From positions 895-64,894 of the forward strand of contig CAZHHB010000001.1 in the NCBI GenBank assembly GCA_964532285.1: a stretch of 64,000 bases of DNA, read 5' to 3'. The position numbers and the translations under genes were made by a program. Positions 1-8,085 of the stretch are shown here, piece after piece. Every line of letters begins with the position of its first letter. Position 1 is the stretch's first letter. The notes beneath the pieces are model-generated. The model was not told the DNA's origin, ran no database searches, and worked only from the letters and a program-made list of their open reading frames with translations. Source of the DNA: an uncultured Candidatus Saccharibacteria bacterium. GTDB lineage: Bacteria > Patescibacteriota > Minisyncoccia > Phycocordibacterales > PALSA-1337.

Positions 1-632
1 AAAAACTGCCTGCTTACAATAATAGCACTTTACTTAATACTTGTCAAAAGTGGACCTGGTGAGCCAAAGTTGCCTGTCCTGAGTTTCGAAGGAGAACTAA
101 CTATATCCTTGGATTTCTGAGAACTCTCTAGCAATTCTAGGAGTTAGTGAGCATAAAAAGAGGCTGAGTTTTGCTTGATAGACTACCCTGTTGGGGTCAC
201 AAGATGGGTCGAATATAGACAAAAAGCCCCACCGAAGCAGGGCTTCGAGTGGGACTACAAACAAACTAATGACACGAGTTGATGAAGGTGGCAACCCTGA
301 TGACAAACATATCCATCTCATAGATATCCAGTACATCTATGGACTCATCCGTACGGAATATTGCATCCCTGACTAAGGCCATCTGTGACTCAGACAATTC
401 TGCGCTTTCGTTAACTACACGCGCTATCTCGGCAGCAAGTATTAATCCACGCGATGACGTATTCAGGCTGCTTGTGGCACAACACGATTCGATGTTAAGA
501 AATTCTTTCGCATTCATACTTTCTAACTAAAACGTAAATCATTTCTGTTTATTTGTCAAGCTTTGTGGCGCCGCCTTGCAGGCGGCATCCTACAAAAATA
601 TAGTCACTCACTTTGTTCGTTCCTTATTTTTG

Positions 633-992
633 TGGAGATGGGCGGAATCGAACCGCCGTGCAATCAATGTTTGTCGAGCGAATCTACGACGATAGATTTC
701 TTTAAGTTTAGTGATCCCGTTCTAAAGAAAACAAAAAGCGTGATCACGATCTCTAGGTTTCAGATATTAGAGTGAGAAGCTCCAATACCCTACATCCAAG
801 TTATTATGCCAGCTCTATGGTTAGGATCCCCTTAGAGTGACACGCACTTATACAAGTGCGAATGCAAAGTCCTTTTGTCCGAAATACGGAGAAACGGTTG
901 ATTTAGCATTTAGATTTTCCATCAGATTTACGAGTTAATGGTGCTCGCGTCGCACGAACGAAAACGAAAGACTGTCGATGCCCTTCATCCCC
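633..992 (-). ncRNA. ssrA: tmRNA (ssrA), ~360 nt. The 5' end reads GGGGATGAAGGGCATCGACAGTC; the 3' tRNA-like end reads GGCGGTTCGATTCCGCCCATCTCCA, with CCA not encoded.
   Basis: The minus-strand 5' end matches the tmRNA consensus GGGGAUGUAGAGGUUUUGACAG closely. The 3' end has a canonical T-arm GGTTCGATTCC followed by an acceptor strand CATCTCC that pairs with the 5' GGGGATG. It lies 80 nt downstream of smpB on the same strand. A candidate tag frame (GCT-AAA-...-GAC-TTT-GCA-TTC-GCA-CTT-GTA-TAA) would end in DFAFALV. The tag assignment is uncertain. Confidence 0.8.
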
Positions 993-1072
993 TTTTACCT
1001 CGCCATAGCTCGCGATTAGCGAGCGAAGGCGGGACTGGTCGCCTTCGCTCTTCGAGCTACGGCGTACCGATG

Positions 1073-1519
1073 TCAACGAACCCCAAACTCTCTCCTCACA
1101 GTCCTGTCTGTTTCGCGTTTCTTCGTAACTTCGCGTTTATCAAACTTCTTCTTACCGCGAACTATTGCCACAGAGACCTTGATTCGATTATTCTTAGTAT
1201 AAACTGAAATTGGCACTATTGTCAAGCGCTTGCCCGCCTCTATGTCTGCCAATTTTCGTATCTCTTCCTTATTCAATAACAATTTCCTATTTCGTCTAGG
1301 TTCATAGTCCTTCGGCGTATTCTTTTCCTGATATGGCGGTATGAACATGTTCATAACATACGCTTCCCCACCACGAATTATCACGTATGAACCTTCCAGA
1401 GAACCCTGACTATTCTTCAAGGACTTAACTTCAAAGCCGACGAGTTCAATACCCGCCTCCAGCTTCTCCATGATTTCATAATTGAAATGCGCCTTTTTGT
1501 AATCAACTAAGGTTGGCAT
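1073..1519 (-). CDS. smpB: SsrA-binding protein SmpB
   Basis: 148 aa. Contains the SmpB-typical segments KKAHFNYEI...GIELVGFEVKS and GGEAYVMNMFIPPY, and a basic C-terminal tail. Adjacent to the tmRNA. Confidence 0.9.
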   Translation of the reverse strand: MPTLVDYKKAHFNYEIMEKLEAGIELVGFEVKSLKNSQGSLEGSYVIIRGGEAYVMNMFIPPYQEKNTPKDYEPRRNRKLLLNKEEIRKLADIEAGKRLTIVPISVYTKNNRIKVSVAIVRGKKKFDKREVTKKRETDRTVRREFGVR

Positions 1520-1637
1520 GCAGATATAGTAGCATGAGGTAAGAGATTAGAGGTAGGAGATAAGATTTTAATGCTTTTTTTCTTACCTCTTACCTCTTGG
1601 CTCATACCTCTCATCCCTACATGCTATAATCTCTTTC

Positions 1638-2726
1638 ATGTCCTCAAATACCTCATGGAAACTCTACGCGGAAAACGAACAAGTCTGGCTTGCCATATTA
1701 TCTGATTGTGCGAAAGCAAAAGAGAGTATCGTCCTGGAGCAATTCATATTCACTAATGACGACTTCAGTCAAAAATTTATCAAGGTCTGCGCTGAGAGAG
1801 CTGCCGCTGGTGTTAAGGTCAGATTTCTAGTTGATGCCGCCGGTAGTTTCACTTTCTTTGGTACCGACATAACGAAAGAGTTGAGAGAGAAGAACATAGA
1901 ACTTTTATTCTGGAAGACCCTCGTACCCGCTTATTACAAAGTACCGAACTATAGATCCTGGTATTTACGCAACCATCGCCGCACCCTGGTCATTGATAAT
2001 GAGATCGGCTACACCGGTAGCATCTGCATGAGTGATGCTATGAAGAACTGGCGTGATACCAATGTCCGCATAGAGGGACCTACAGCAGAAAATATGGGCA
2101 ATGCTTTTGAGCGCATGTGGGCCAGGGCCTGCAAAATGAAGAAGCTCCCTGAAAGAATCTTCAAAAACAATCCGGAATTCAGATATGTTACAAATTATCC
2201 CGCCCCAGGACAGCGTCACCTATATGCAGAGATAGTCCATGCCCTACGCAAGGCTAGACATTATGTATATATCACTACTCCATATTTCGTCCCAACTCAC
2301 CGTATCATCCGTCTGATGAAAAATGCCACCGATCGCGGTGTTGATGTCAGACTTATTATCCCAGAAAAGTCAGACCATTATGCCGTTGATCTCGGGGCGC
2401 GTTCATTCTTCAATACCCTACTCCAATCAGGCGTGAGGATATTCCTATACCCCAACAATGACGGCAAACTCATTCACAGCAAGACCATGGTCATCGACGG
2501 GACATGGGCAACCGTCGGCAGTATGAATTTGGACAGTGTAAGTCTCCTATATAATTTTGAAGCCAACATAATCACCACGAATACCATGTTCGCAGAGGAA
2601 TTGTCAGCCCACTTTGTCCGCGATATGAATGAATCAAAAGAAGTCTCCTTCGGTGAGTGGAAATCCCGCTTTTTCATAGAGAAAATACCCGAGATATTGA
2701 TCAGTTTAGTAAAGAAGTTTTTGTAG
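1638..2726 (+). CDS. Phospholipase D family protein, cardiolipin synthase-like (two HKD-type motifs)
   Basis: The second motif is a classic HKD (HSKTMVIDGTWATVGSMNLD). The first is degenerate (NHRRTLVIDNEIGYTGSICMSD). 362 aa. An extended -10 (TGcTATAAT, 1622-1630) ends 7 nt before the ATG, suggesting a leaderless mRNA. Confidence 0.75.
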   Translation: MSSNTSWKLYAENEQVWLAILSDCAKAKESIVLEQFIFTNDDFSQKFIKVCAERAAAGVKVRFLVDAAGSFTFFGTDITKELREKNIELLFWKTLVPAYYKVPNYRSWYLRNHRRTLVIDNEIGYTGSICMSDAMKNWRDTNVRIEGPTAENMGNAFERMWARACKMKKLPERIFKNNPEFRYVTNYPAPGQRHLYAEIVHALRKARHYVYITTPYFVPTHRIIRLMKNATDRGVDVRLIIPEKSDHYAVDLGARSFFNTLLQSGVRIFLYPNNDGKLIHSKTMVIDGTWATVGSMNLDSVSLLYNFEANIITTNTMFAEELSAHFVRDMNESKEVSFGEWKSRFFIEKIPEILISLVKKFL

Positions 2727-3296
2727 TTGCTCAAAAACCCCTTATATGCTATAAATATCTTTCGTAGTGTAATACATCGTCCATTGGCCATACGAGTCAA
2801 AATCAATCATCAAATCAAGGCTCCCGAGTTGAGAGTCGTAACTGCCGAAGGTGAAAACCTCGGTGTTATCACACTCACTGTTGCTTTGGCTGAGGCACAA
2901 AAGCGCGAGTTGGATCTCATAGAGATATCCCCCACCGCCGTACCGCCTGTAGCCAAGATAATGGATTATGGCAAGTATCTATACGACGAAAAGAAGAAGC
3001 AAAAGGTTGCCAAGTCCAAGACAGTGACAGCCGAATTGAAAATCGTTCAGGTCAAGATAGGTACAGGAGACCACGACCTAGAACTCAAAGCCAAGAATGT
3101 TTCTGAATGGCTAACCGAAGGAAACAGAGTCAAGATAGACCTATTCCTAGTCGGCCGTTCCAAATATATGGATTTGAACTTCCTCAAGGAACGCTTGGAG
3201 AGAATACTGAAACTAGTTACCGTGGAATATTCAGTAGCACAAGCTGTTACCAAAGGACCAAAAGGACTGACGATCATCATAGAGACGAAAAAATAA
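2727..3296 (+). CDS. infC: Translation initiation factor IF-3
   Basis: IF-3 N- and C-domain similarity (INHQIKAPELRVVTAEGENLGVIT ... ELKIVQVKIGTGDHDLELK). The ORF as drawn starts at TTG 2727, directly after the cls stop codon. The true start may instead be the in-frame ATA at 2790, since infC commonly uses rare start codons. The infC-rpmI-rplT order is canonical. Confidence 0.8.
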   Translation: MLKNPLYAINIFRSVIHRPLAIRVKINHQIKAPELRVVTAEGENLGVITLTVALAEAQKRELDLIEISPTAVPPVAKIMDYGKYLYDEKKKQKVAKSKTVTAELKIVQVKIGTGDHDLELKAKNVSEWLTEGNRVKIDLFLVGRSKYMDLNFLKERLERILKLVTVEYSVAQAVTKGPKGLTIIIETKK

Positions 3297-3343
3297 TCTT
3301 CCATAACATTCAATAAATAGAGAAAAATAAATTTATAAATACC

Positions 3344-3532
3344 ATGATAAAGACAAGCAAATCATACGCAAAACGCCTCAAAGTAACCCGTAACGGTAAG
3401 ATTTTGTCGCGCAAGCCAGGGCAAAACCATTTCAATGCCAAGGAACGCAGTCGTGTCAGTACCAACAAGCACCGCATGGTAACTGTCCACATGGACAACA
3501 AAGCCAAGAGTAGATTTTTAGTAAACCTATAA
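3344..3532 (+). CDS. rpmI: 50S ribosomal protein L35
   Basis: 62-aa basic protein (MIKTSKSYAKRLKVTRNGKI...) with an L35 signature. Located between infC and rplT. Confidence 0.85.
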   Translation: MIKTSKSYAKRLKVTRNGKILSRKPGQNHFNAKERSRVSTNKHRMVTVHMDNKAKSRFLVNL

Positions 3533-3541
3533 TTAACCAAC

Positions 3542-3892
3542 ATGACCCGAGTCAAAAAAGCCGTACACGCACTGAAGAACCGCCGAACCATCCTTCGCGC
3601 CGCAAAAGGATTCCGCTTCCGCCGTTCCAAGACCGAGCGCGCCGCAAATGATGCTTTGATGCATGCCGGTGCTTATGCCTTCGCTCATCGTCGCGACAAA
3701 AAGGGAGATTTCCGCCGTCTATGGAATGTCAAAATCAACGCCGCTCTCCGCCCTCTCGGCATGTCATATTCCAAGTTTATTGGAGACATCAAGAAGAAAG
3801 GCATAGAACTAGACCGCAAGACTCTAGCTCATCTAGCAGAATTCAAACCTGATACTTTCAAGAAGATTACGGATTTGGTAGCTATTAAATAA
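3542..3892 (+). CDS. rplT: 50S ribosomal protein L20
   Basis: 116 aa (MTRVKKAVHALKNRRTILRAAKGFRFRRSKTERAANDALMHAGAYAF...) with a classic L20 sequence. Confidence 0.9.
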   Translation: MTRVKKAVHALKNRRTILRAAKGFRFRRSKTERAANDALMHAGAYAFAHRRDKKGDFRRLWNVKINAALRPLGMSYSKFIGDIKKKGIELDRKTLAHLAEFKPDTFKKITDLVAIK

Positions 3893-4063
3893 GAAAGCAC
3901 AGCAAGATAATTTTCGGGTAACCTGCGGGACTCGCATCGTTAAATTGCAAGATTTTTATGCTCAGTGGGTCAAAGCCGTTATACAGAGCATAAAAATCTA
4001 GCAATTTATACTCAGCTCAGACAGGTCCTCGGCTACCCAAAAATTATCTTGCTGTGCTTTCTT
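3891..4063. repeat. Structured palindromic element E1. A 24-bp outer inverted repeat (AAGAAAGCACAGCAAGATAATTTT) encloses a 113-nt core (3922-4034) that contains its own 22-bp-stem hairpin. It exactly fills the gap between the convergent rplT and beta-CASP stop codons.
   Basis: Arms 3891-3914 and 4040-4063 are perfect reverse complements. The core is 100% identical to the reverse complement of 5748-5860. Confidence 0.85.
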
Positions 4064-4068
4064 GGCAA

Positions 4069-5433
4069 CTAAACCTCATACCCCTTATTCCTCTCCGGTA
4101 CTATCGCTTTCACACCCAACTCATCATTGATCCTCTGTGCCAGATGCATAGATGCTCCAGGTTCGCCCATCACCACAAATACTTTTTTCAATCTATCAGT
4201 ACCCGTACTCACAAATTCCAATAAATGATCTCCGTCCTTGTGTGCTGAATATCCATACAATGTTTCTATCCTTGCTCTGATCTTGATATGTTCCTTGTGA
4301 ATTCTAACCTTCTTTGCACCATCCGCCAGTTGCCTGCCAAGCGATCCCGCTGCTTGATAACCGACCAGTAGAATTGTGTTTTTCGAATCCGACAGATAAT
4401 GTTCTTCGTGACCCACGATTCTGCCGCCCACAGACATTCCAGAGCCAGCCAGGATAATCTTTGGTCCTTTTACATTTTCTATATCTCGCGATTCATTCGC
4501 ATTCATCGTATATTCCAAATGTGGAAATTTGAATATGTCGTCACCTCGTCCGATCTGTTCTCTCACCTTATCATTAAATAAATCTGTACTGCCACGATAC
4601 ACATCTGTAGCTCTTATAGCCATGGGAGAATCCACGAATACCGGTACCCTCGGTATTTTATTATACTCAACCATATTGTTGAGTTCATACAACAAGACCT
4701 GCGTACGATCTATAGCGAAAGCCGGTATCACCAATGTTCCACCGCGGGCAATCGTCTCCTTTATAACCTTTTCAAATTTGTTGGCGCGCCCTTCCCTGCT
4801 CTCGTGATTGCGATCACCATAGACGCTTTCCATTATCAAATAATCAACATCTTCAACATGCTCAGTATCTCGTAAAAGTGGCGCTGGAGAATTGCCCAAA
4901 TCGCCCGTAAATAAGACTTTCATTTCACCCGAGCGAATCTCAACCATCGCTGATCCCAATATGTGCCCAGCATCCTTGAAAAATATTGATATCCCCGGCG
5001 CAATCTCGGATTCTTCGTGATATTTGACTGTCTTCCAAAGTGGAAAGATGGCGGCTACTTCTTCTGCACCATACATCGGCTCTACCTCAACCTGTTTCGC
5101 TTCCATAGCCAATATCCTGACCGCATCTTCCAAAACTATCTGCGCCAACTCTCTAGTTTCTGGAGTTGAATATATCGGGCCCTTGTAACCATCTTTGACC
5201 AGTTTCGGAATACGGCCGACATGATCCAGGTGAGCGTGGGTGATGATGAGAGCATTTATGGAATTCAAATCATATTGAAATGAAGATTGGTTTTCTTCCA
5301 GAGCAAATCTCTCGCCCTGCACCATACCGCAATCTATGAGAATCTTCGCGCCCGATGGAGACTCAAACATAAAATTGGCACCCGTCACGGTACCTACTCC
5401 GGAAAAGAAAGTTATCTTGGGTTTGAGATCCAT
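4069..5433 (-). CDS. Beta-CASP metallo-beta-lactamase-fold ribonuclease (TTHA0252 / RNase J-like family)
   Basis: 454 aa. N-terminus ILIDCGMVQGERF...IITHAHLDHVGRIPKLVKDGYKGPIYSTPETRELAQIVLEDAV carries the HxHxDH motif. It also has beta-CASP motifs and a C-terminal SAHKDGDH segment. Very similar in pattern to the Thermus TTHA0252-type RNase. Confidence 0.8.
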   Translation of the reverse strand: MDLKPKITFFSGVGTVTGANFMFESPSGAKILIDCGMVQGERFALEENQSSFQYDLNSINALIITHAHLDHVGRIPKLVKDGYKGPIYSTPETRELAQIVLEDAVRILAMEAKQVEVEPMYGAEEVAAIFPLWKTVKYHEESEIAPGISIFFKDAGHILGSAMVEIRSGEMKVLFTGDLGNSPAPLLRDTEHVEDVDYLIMESVYGDRNHESREGRANKFEKVIKETIARGGTLVIPAFAIDRTQVLLYELNNMVEYNKIPRVPVFVDSPMAIRATDVYRGSTDLFNDKVREQIGRGDDIFKFPHLEYTMNANESRDIENVKGPKIILAGSGMSVGGRIVGHEEHYLSDSKNTILLVGYQAAGSLGRQLADGAKKVRIHKEHIKIRARIETLYGYSAHKDGDHLLEFVSTGTDRLKKVFVVMGEPGASMHLAQRINDELGVKAIVPERNKGYEV

Positions 5434-5725
5434 TGTCTTTTATTTAATTATACTGGAAACAACCATGAATAGAAAACGCCTCACTTTTAAGGCGAGGCGT
5501 TCACTATTGATTGCAAGAGTATAATACCTGTTAAAACAGGTGGAAGACCTCACCAATAACGCCAAGGCGCAATGGAATTTGAACAATGTTCATCGGTCTT
5601 CCGTAATATTTAATTTTGTAGCATTTTACTCCTGCAATCTACTACAATTTTATTCCTCTCAATTTTAAATACAAGTGCGTAGCGTAGTTCGGACACATCC
5701 TTGACATGTAAGGCAAATCAGACGA

Positions 5726-5884
5726 AACAGTAATGTGTGTTCGAGACAGCCGAGGACCTGTCTGAGCTGAGTATAAATTGCTAGATTTTTATGCTCTGTA
5801 TAACGGCTTTGACCCACTGAGCATAAAAATCTTGCAATTTAACGATGCGAGTCCCGCAGGCTGATGAGAGCACACATTACTGTT
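5726..5884. repeat. Structured palindromic element E2. It has the same 113-nt core as E1, inverted (5748-5860), enclosed by a different 17-bp outer inverted repeat (AACAGTAATGTGTGTTC / GAGCACACATTACTGTT, with one G-U-compatible mismatch). It sits immediately after the ndk stop codon.
   Basis: Direct comparison shows 113/113 identity to the reverse complement of E1. The outer arms differ in sequence from those of E1 but are again self-complementary. Confidence 0.85.
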
Positions 5885-5892
5885 TCACTTGA

Positions 5893-6498
5893 TTACTCCA
5901 AAATACCATCCAGATTCACATCATACAACATCGCTTCATTGATATTTCTGTAATTAAATATTTCTTCTGACCTGAACCAGTGCGTGATCTCATCTTCTGC
6001 CTCCTTCACCGTCCCTGAAGCATGAACCAGGTTGCGTACTGCCCTGCCGTCACCATCACTCATCCTATATGAATCAATCACGAAATCACCACGAATAGTA
6101 CCCATGAGTGAAGTTAGTGGTTCTGTACCACCCGTAATCTTGCGGACCAATTCTACAGCATGAGCGCCTTGCCAAACCATAGCGATCACTGGGCCACTCG
6201 TCATATATTTCATCAGATTTTTCAAGATGATAGCCGTAATCTTCAGGGGATCATCATGCGGCGGCTTTTGACCCTTATCCAAATAGCCCTTTATCGTCTT
6301 CATGCCAGTCTTCACCCTCCATTCTGGGTCAATAGTGTAATGTTTCTCTATCATCTCTGCCGTCGGTATCATCATCTTGATGCCGATGAGTTTCAAACCC
6401 ACACGTTCATATCTCTGTATTATCTCTCCTATAAGTGAACGCTGAATGCCGTCTGGTTTGATGATGACGAGAGTTCTTTCGTTTTTTGGATGATTCAT
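5893..6498 (-). CDS. ndk: Nucleoside diphosphate kinase (long form)
   Basis: ERTLVIIKPDGIQRSLIGEIIQRYE at the N-terminus, plus an NLVHASG active-site-region variant. 201 aa. Confidence 0.75.
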   Translation of the reverse strand: MNHPKNERTLVIIKPDGIQRSLIGEIIQRYERVGLKLIGIKMMIPTAEMIEKHYTIDPEWRVKTGMKTIKGYLDKGQKPPHDDPLKITAIILKNLMKYMTSGPVIAMVWQGAHAVELVRKITGGTEPLTSLMGTIRGDFVIDSYRMSDGDGRAVRNLVHASGTVKEAEDEITHWFRSEEIFNYRNINEAMLYDVNLDGILE

Positions 6499-6571
6499 AT
6501 TTTGTTCAATTTTTTATAAATAAAAGTCTCCTTATATTATCACAAAATTTCTACTTTATAACTTTATAACT

Positions 6572-7339
6572 TTATTGTGTGAGTATCTCCGCCCCGCCCT
6601 TCGTAATCACCACCGTGTGTTCGAAATGGGCACTCGGTTTGCCGTCGCGAGTACGATATGTATAACCATCCTTATCTAATTTTATTTCTTTCGTTCCCAG
6701 ATTGAACATCGGCTCAATAGCGATAACCATACCAGGACGGAGCAATTCACCCCCACCAGCTTCGCCGAAATTTGGCACAAAAGGATCTTCGTGTACAGCA
6801 TAACCTACCCCGTGACCAGCCAAATCTTCAACTATTCCATATCCATGGGGTATCGCTATTCTGGATATAACATTACCTATATCGCCAGTCTTTTTACCAC
6901 CCTTAGCCGCCCTGATCCCAGCATTGAGAGCTTCTTTCGTCACGTCAAGAAGTTTCCTTAATTCAATAGAAATCTCTCCTACAGGAACAGTTATAGCCGC
7001 GTCGGTGATGAGTTCTCTATGAGTAAGTCCCAGATCTATGCTCACAATATCTCCTTCTTTCAGAATCTTCTCATCTTCGTTGGGAATACCGTGGACGATT
7101 TCATCATTTACAGAAACGCAGATAGCCGCTGGATAAGGCCTCTTGGCTCCTCCAGGCGTATAGCCCAAAAAGGCTGACTTATCTCCACCCCCTGCTATCA
7201 GTTCTCGTGCGCGATTTTCCAATTCTATAGCATAAAGTCCTGGACGAACCATATTCGCCAACTCTTTCAAGATAAAGGCGTGGCGCTTGCCACCCTCTCG
7301 GAGAATCGCTATGTCTTCCTTTGTCTTTATGGCTATCAT
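6572..7339 (-). CDS. map: Methionine aminopeptidase type I
   Basis: 255 aa. Pita-bread fold motifs: DIVSIDLG, HGIGxxxHE-like (AGHGVGYAVHEDP), and EPM (IAIEPMF). Confidence 0.9.
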   Translation of the reverse strand: MIAIKTKEDIAILREGGKRHAFILKELANMVRPGLYAIELENRARELIAGGGDKSAFLGYTPGGAKRPYPAAICVSVNDEIVHGIPNEDEKILKEGDIVSIDLGLTHRELITDAAITVPVGEISIELRKLLDVTKEALNAGIRAAKGGKKTGDIGNVISRIAIPHGYGIVEDLAGHGVGYAVHEDPFVPNFGEAGGGELLRPGMVIAIEPMFNLGTKEIKLDKDGYTYRTRDGKPSAHFEHTVVITKGGAEILTQ

Positions 7340-7348
7340 ACTTGGATG

Positions 7349-7942
7349 CTAACCCAGACCAAGCTTTTTCACAATATCGGTATGGATTTCTTCTATTGAT
7401 CTTTCTCCGTCTATATCATGGAAATCGTAGAATGAATTGCCGCGATAAAAATCAATCGCAGGTGTAACTTCAGTATCAAACCAGTTCAAACGAGCCTCAA
7501 TATCCATCTTATTATCGTCAACCCTTTTTCTTGCGAGCATTCTATCTTCTGACCATTTCCTGGAGACATTCAAGAGGATGATTTGAGGTTTTTCTCTTCT
7601 ATAAAACTCAAAAGATGAGTGTAGAACCTTTGCTTCATGAAGTTTTCTCGGTGTACCGTCTATTATCAAGTGATGTTTTTCATTCATATTTTCCACGAAG
7701 AAATCTGACCACAGATGTACAGTCAAAAACTCTGGCTGCAGACCGCCAGCCTCATATATAACCCTAGATAATTCTTGGGTGTAAGTATTTCCTTTTATAA
7801 ATTCTCTGAATAACTTACCCGTCTCCAAATGTACGACGGGCATATCAGCATTTTTTTCTCTGAGAATCTTCTCCAATAATTGTGCTTGTGTACCCTTACC
7901 ACAGCCAGAACGACCGATGAAGATGAATGTTTGGGGTTGCAT
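7349..7942 (-). CDS. adk: Adenylate kinase (short form)
   Basis: P-loop GRSGCGKGTQAQLL. Classic position after secY. Confidence 0.75.
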   Translation of the reverse strand: MQPQTFIFIGRSGCGKGTQAQLLEKILREKNADMPVVHLETGKLFREFIKGNTYTQELSRVIYEAGGLQPEFLTVHLWSDFFVENMNEKHHLIIDGTPRKLHEAKVLHSSFEFYRREKPQIILLNVSRKWSEDRMLARKRVDDNKMDIEARLNWFDTEVTPAIDFYRGNSFYDFHDIDGERSIEEIHTDIVKKLGLG

Positions 7943-7968
7943 TCAAACATTATAAGGTAGAAAAGTAA

Positions 7969-8083
7969 AAGAAGGAAGGAGTACTTAGTTTTGAGGACAC
8001 TGCGAGCGCGACTGGCGCGAGCACTAGGAATTTTCCAGCAGGAAAATATCCGCGTCCTCAAAACTAAGTACTCCTTCCTTCTT
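7969..8083. repeat. Structured palindromic element E3. Perfect 28-bp inverted repeat (GAAGGAAGGAGTACTTAGTTTTGAGGAC, 7971-7998 / 8054-8081) around a 55-nt GC-rich insert. It ends 5 nt from the secY stop and lies 27 nt upstream of the adk start.
   Basis: Arms are exact reverse complements. Flanking A-runs and T-runs extend the symmetry to about 35 bp. Confidence 0.8.
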
Positions 8084-8085
8084 TT

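Noticed and set aside
266-517. 83-aa acidic ORF on the minus strand (MNAKEFLNIESCC...) and the overlapping 63-aa plus-strand ORF at 339-530
   Set aside because: No recognisable family, and the two ORFs are mutually exclusive. The region could instead be a 3' UTR or ncRNA. I could not support a call either way from sequence alone. The first 120 nt may also encode the C-terminus of a plus-strand gene that starts before the window.
1-560. Searched by eye for SRP RNA, RNase P RNA or 6S RNA in the ORF-poor first 560 nt and in 42480-42758
   Set aside because: Partial resemblances (for example CACCAGGTCC on the minus strand near nt 50) do not reproduce the conserved SRP domain IV AGGUCAGG...GGAAGCAGC or the RNase P P4 GGAAAGUCCGG motifs. 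Needs Infernal or Rfam to decide.
1536-1620. Purine-rich or pyrimidine-rich imperfect inverted repeat (GAGGTAAGAG...CTCTTACCTC) with a central T-run in the divergent smpB/cls promoter region
   Set aside because: Low-complexity and imperfect. It could be a regulator site but is equally explained by AG/CT-rich compositional bias. There is no second copy to support a motif.
5463-5503. Hairpin AACGCCTC-N11-GAGGCGTT with a following U-rich tract on the minus strand, 30 nt upstream of the beta-CASP start, considered as an intrinsic terminator
   Set aside because: It is too close to the gene start to leave room for a promoter downstream of it. It is more likely a 5'-UTR structure or attenuator on a transcript initiated further upstream. 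It is left as an observation only.
7795-8061. 88-aa minus-strand ORF overlapping adk and the E3 palindrome, and the many other antisense or overlapping ORFs in the track inside well-supported genes (for example 9290-9628, 9402-9716, 10439-10873, 23651-24034, 34804-35109, 40979-41179, 54446-54747)
   Set aside because: They lie entirely within, or antisense to, strongly supported ribosomal or housekeeping genes. They have low-complexity compositions driven by the opposite-strand codon usage, and no RBS or promoter support.
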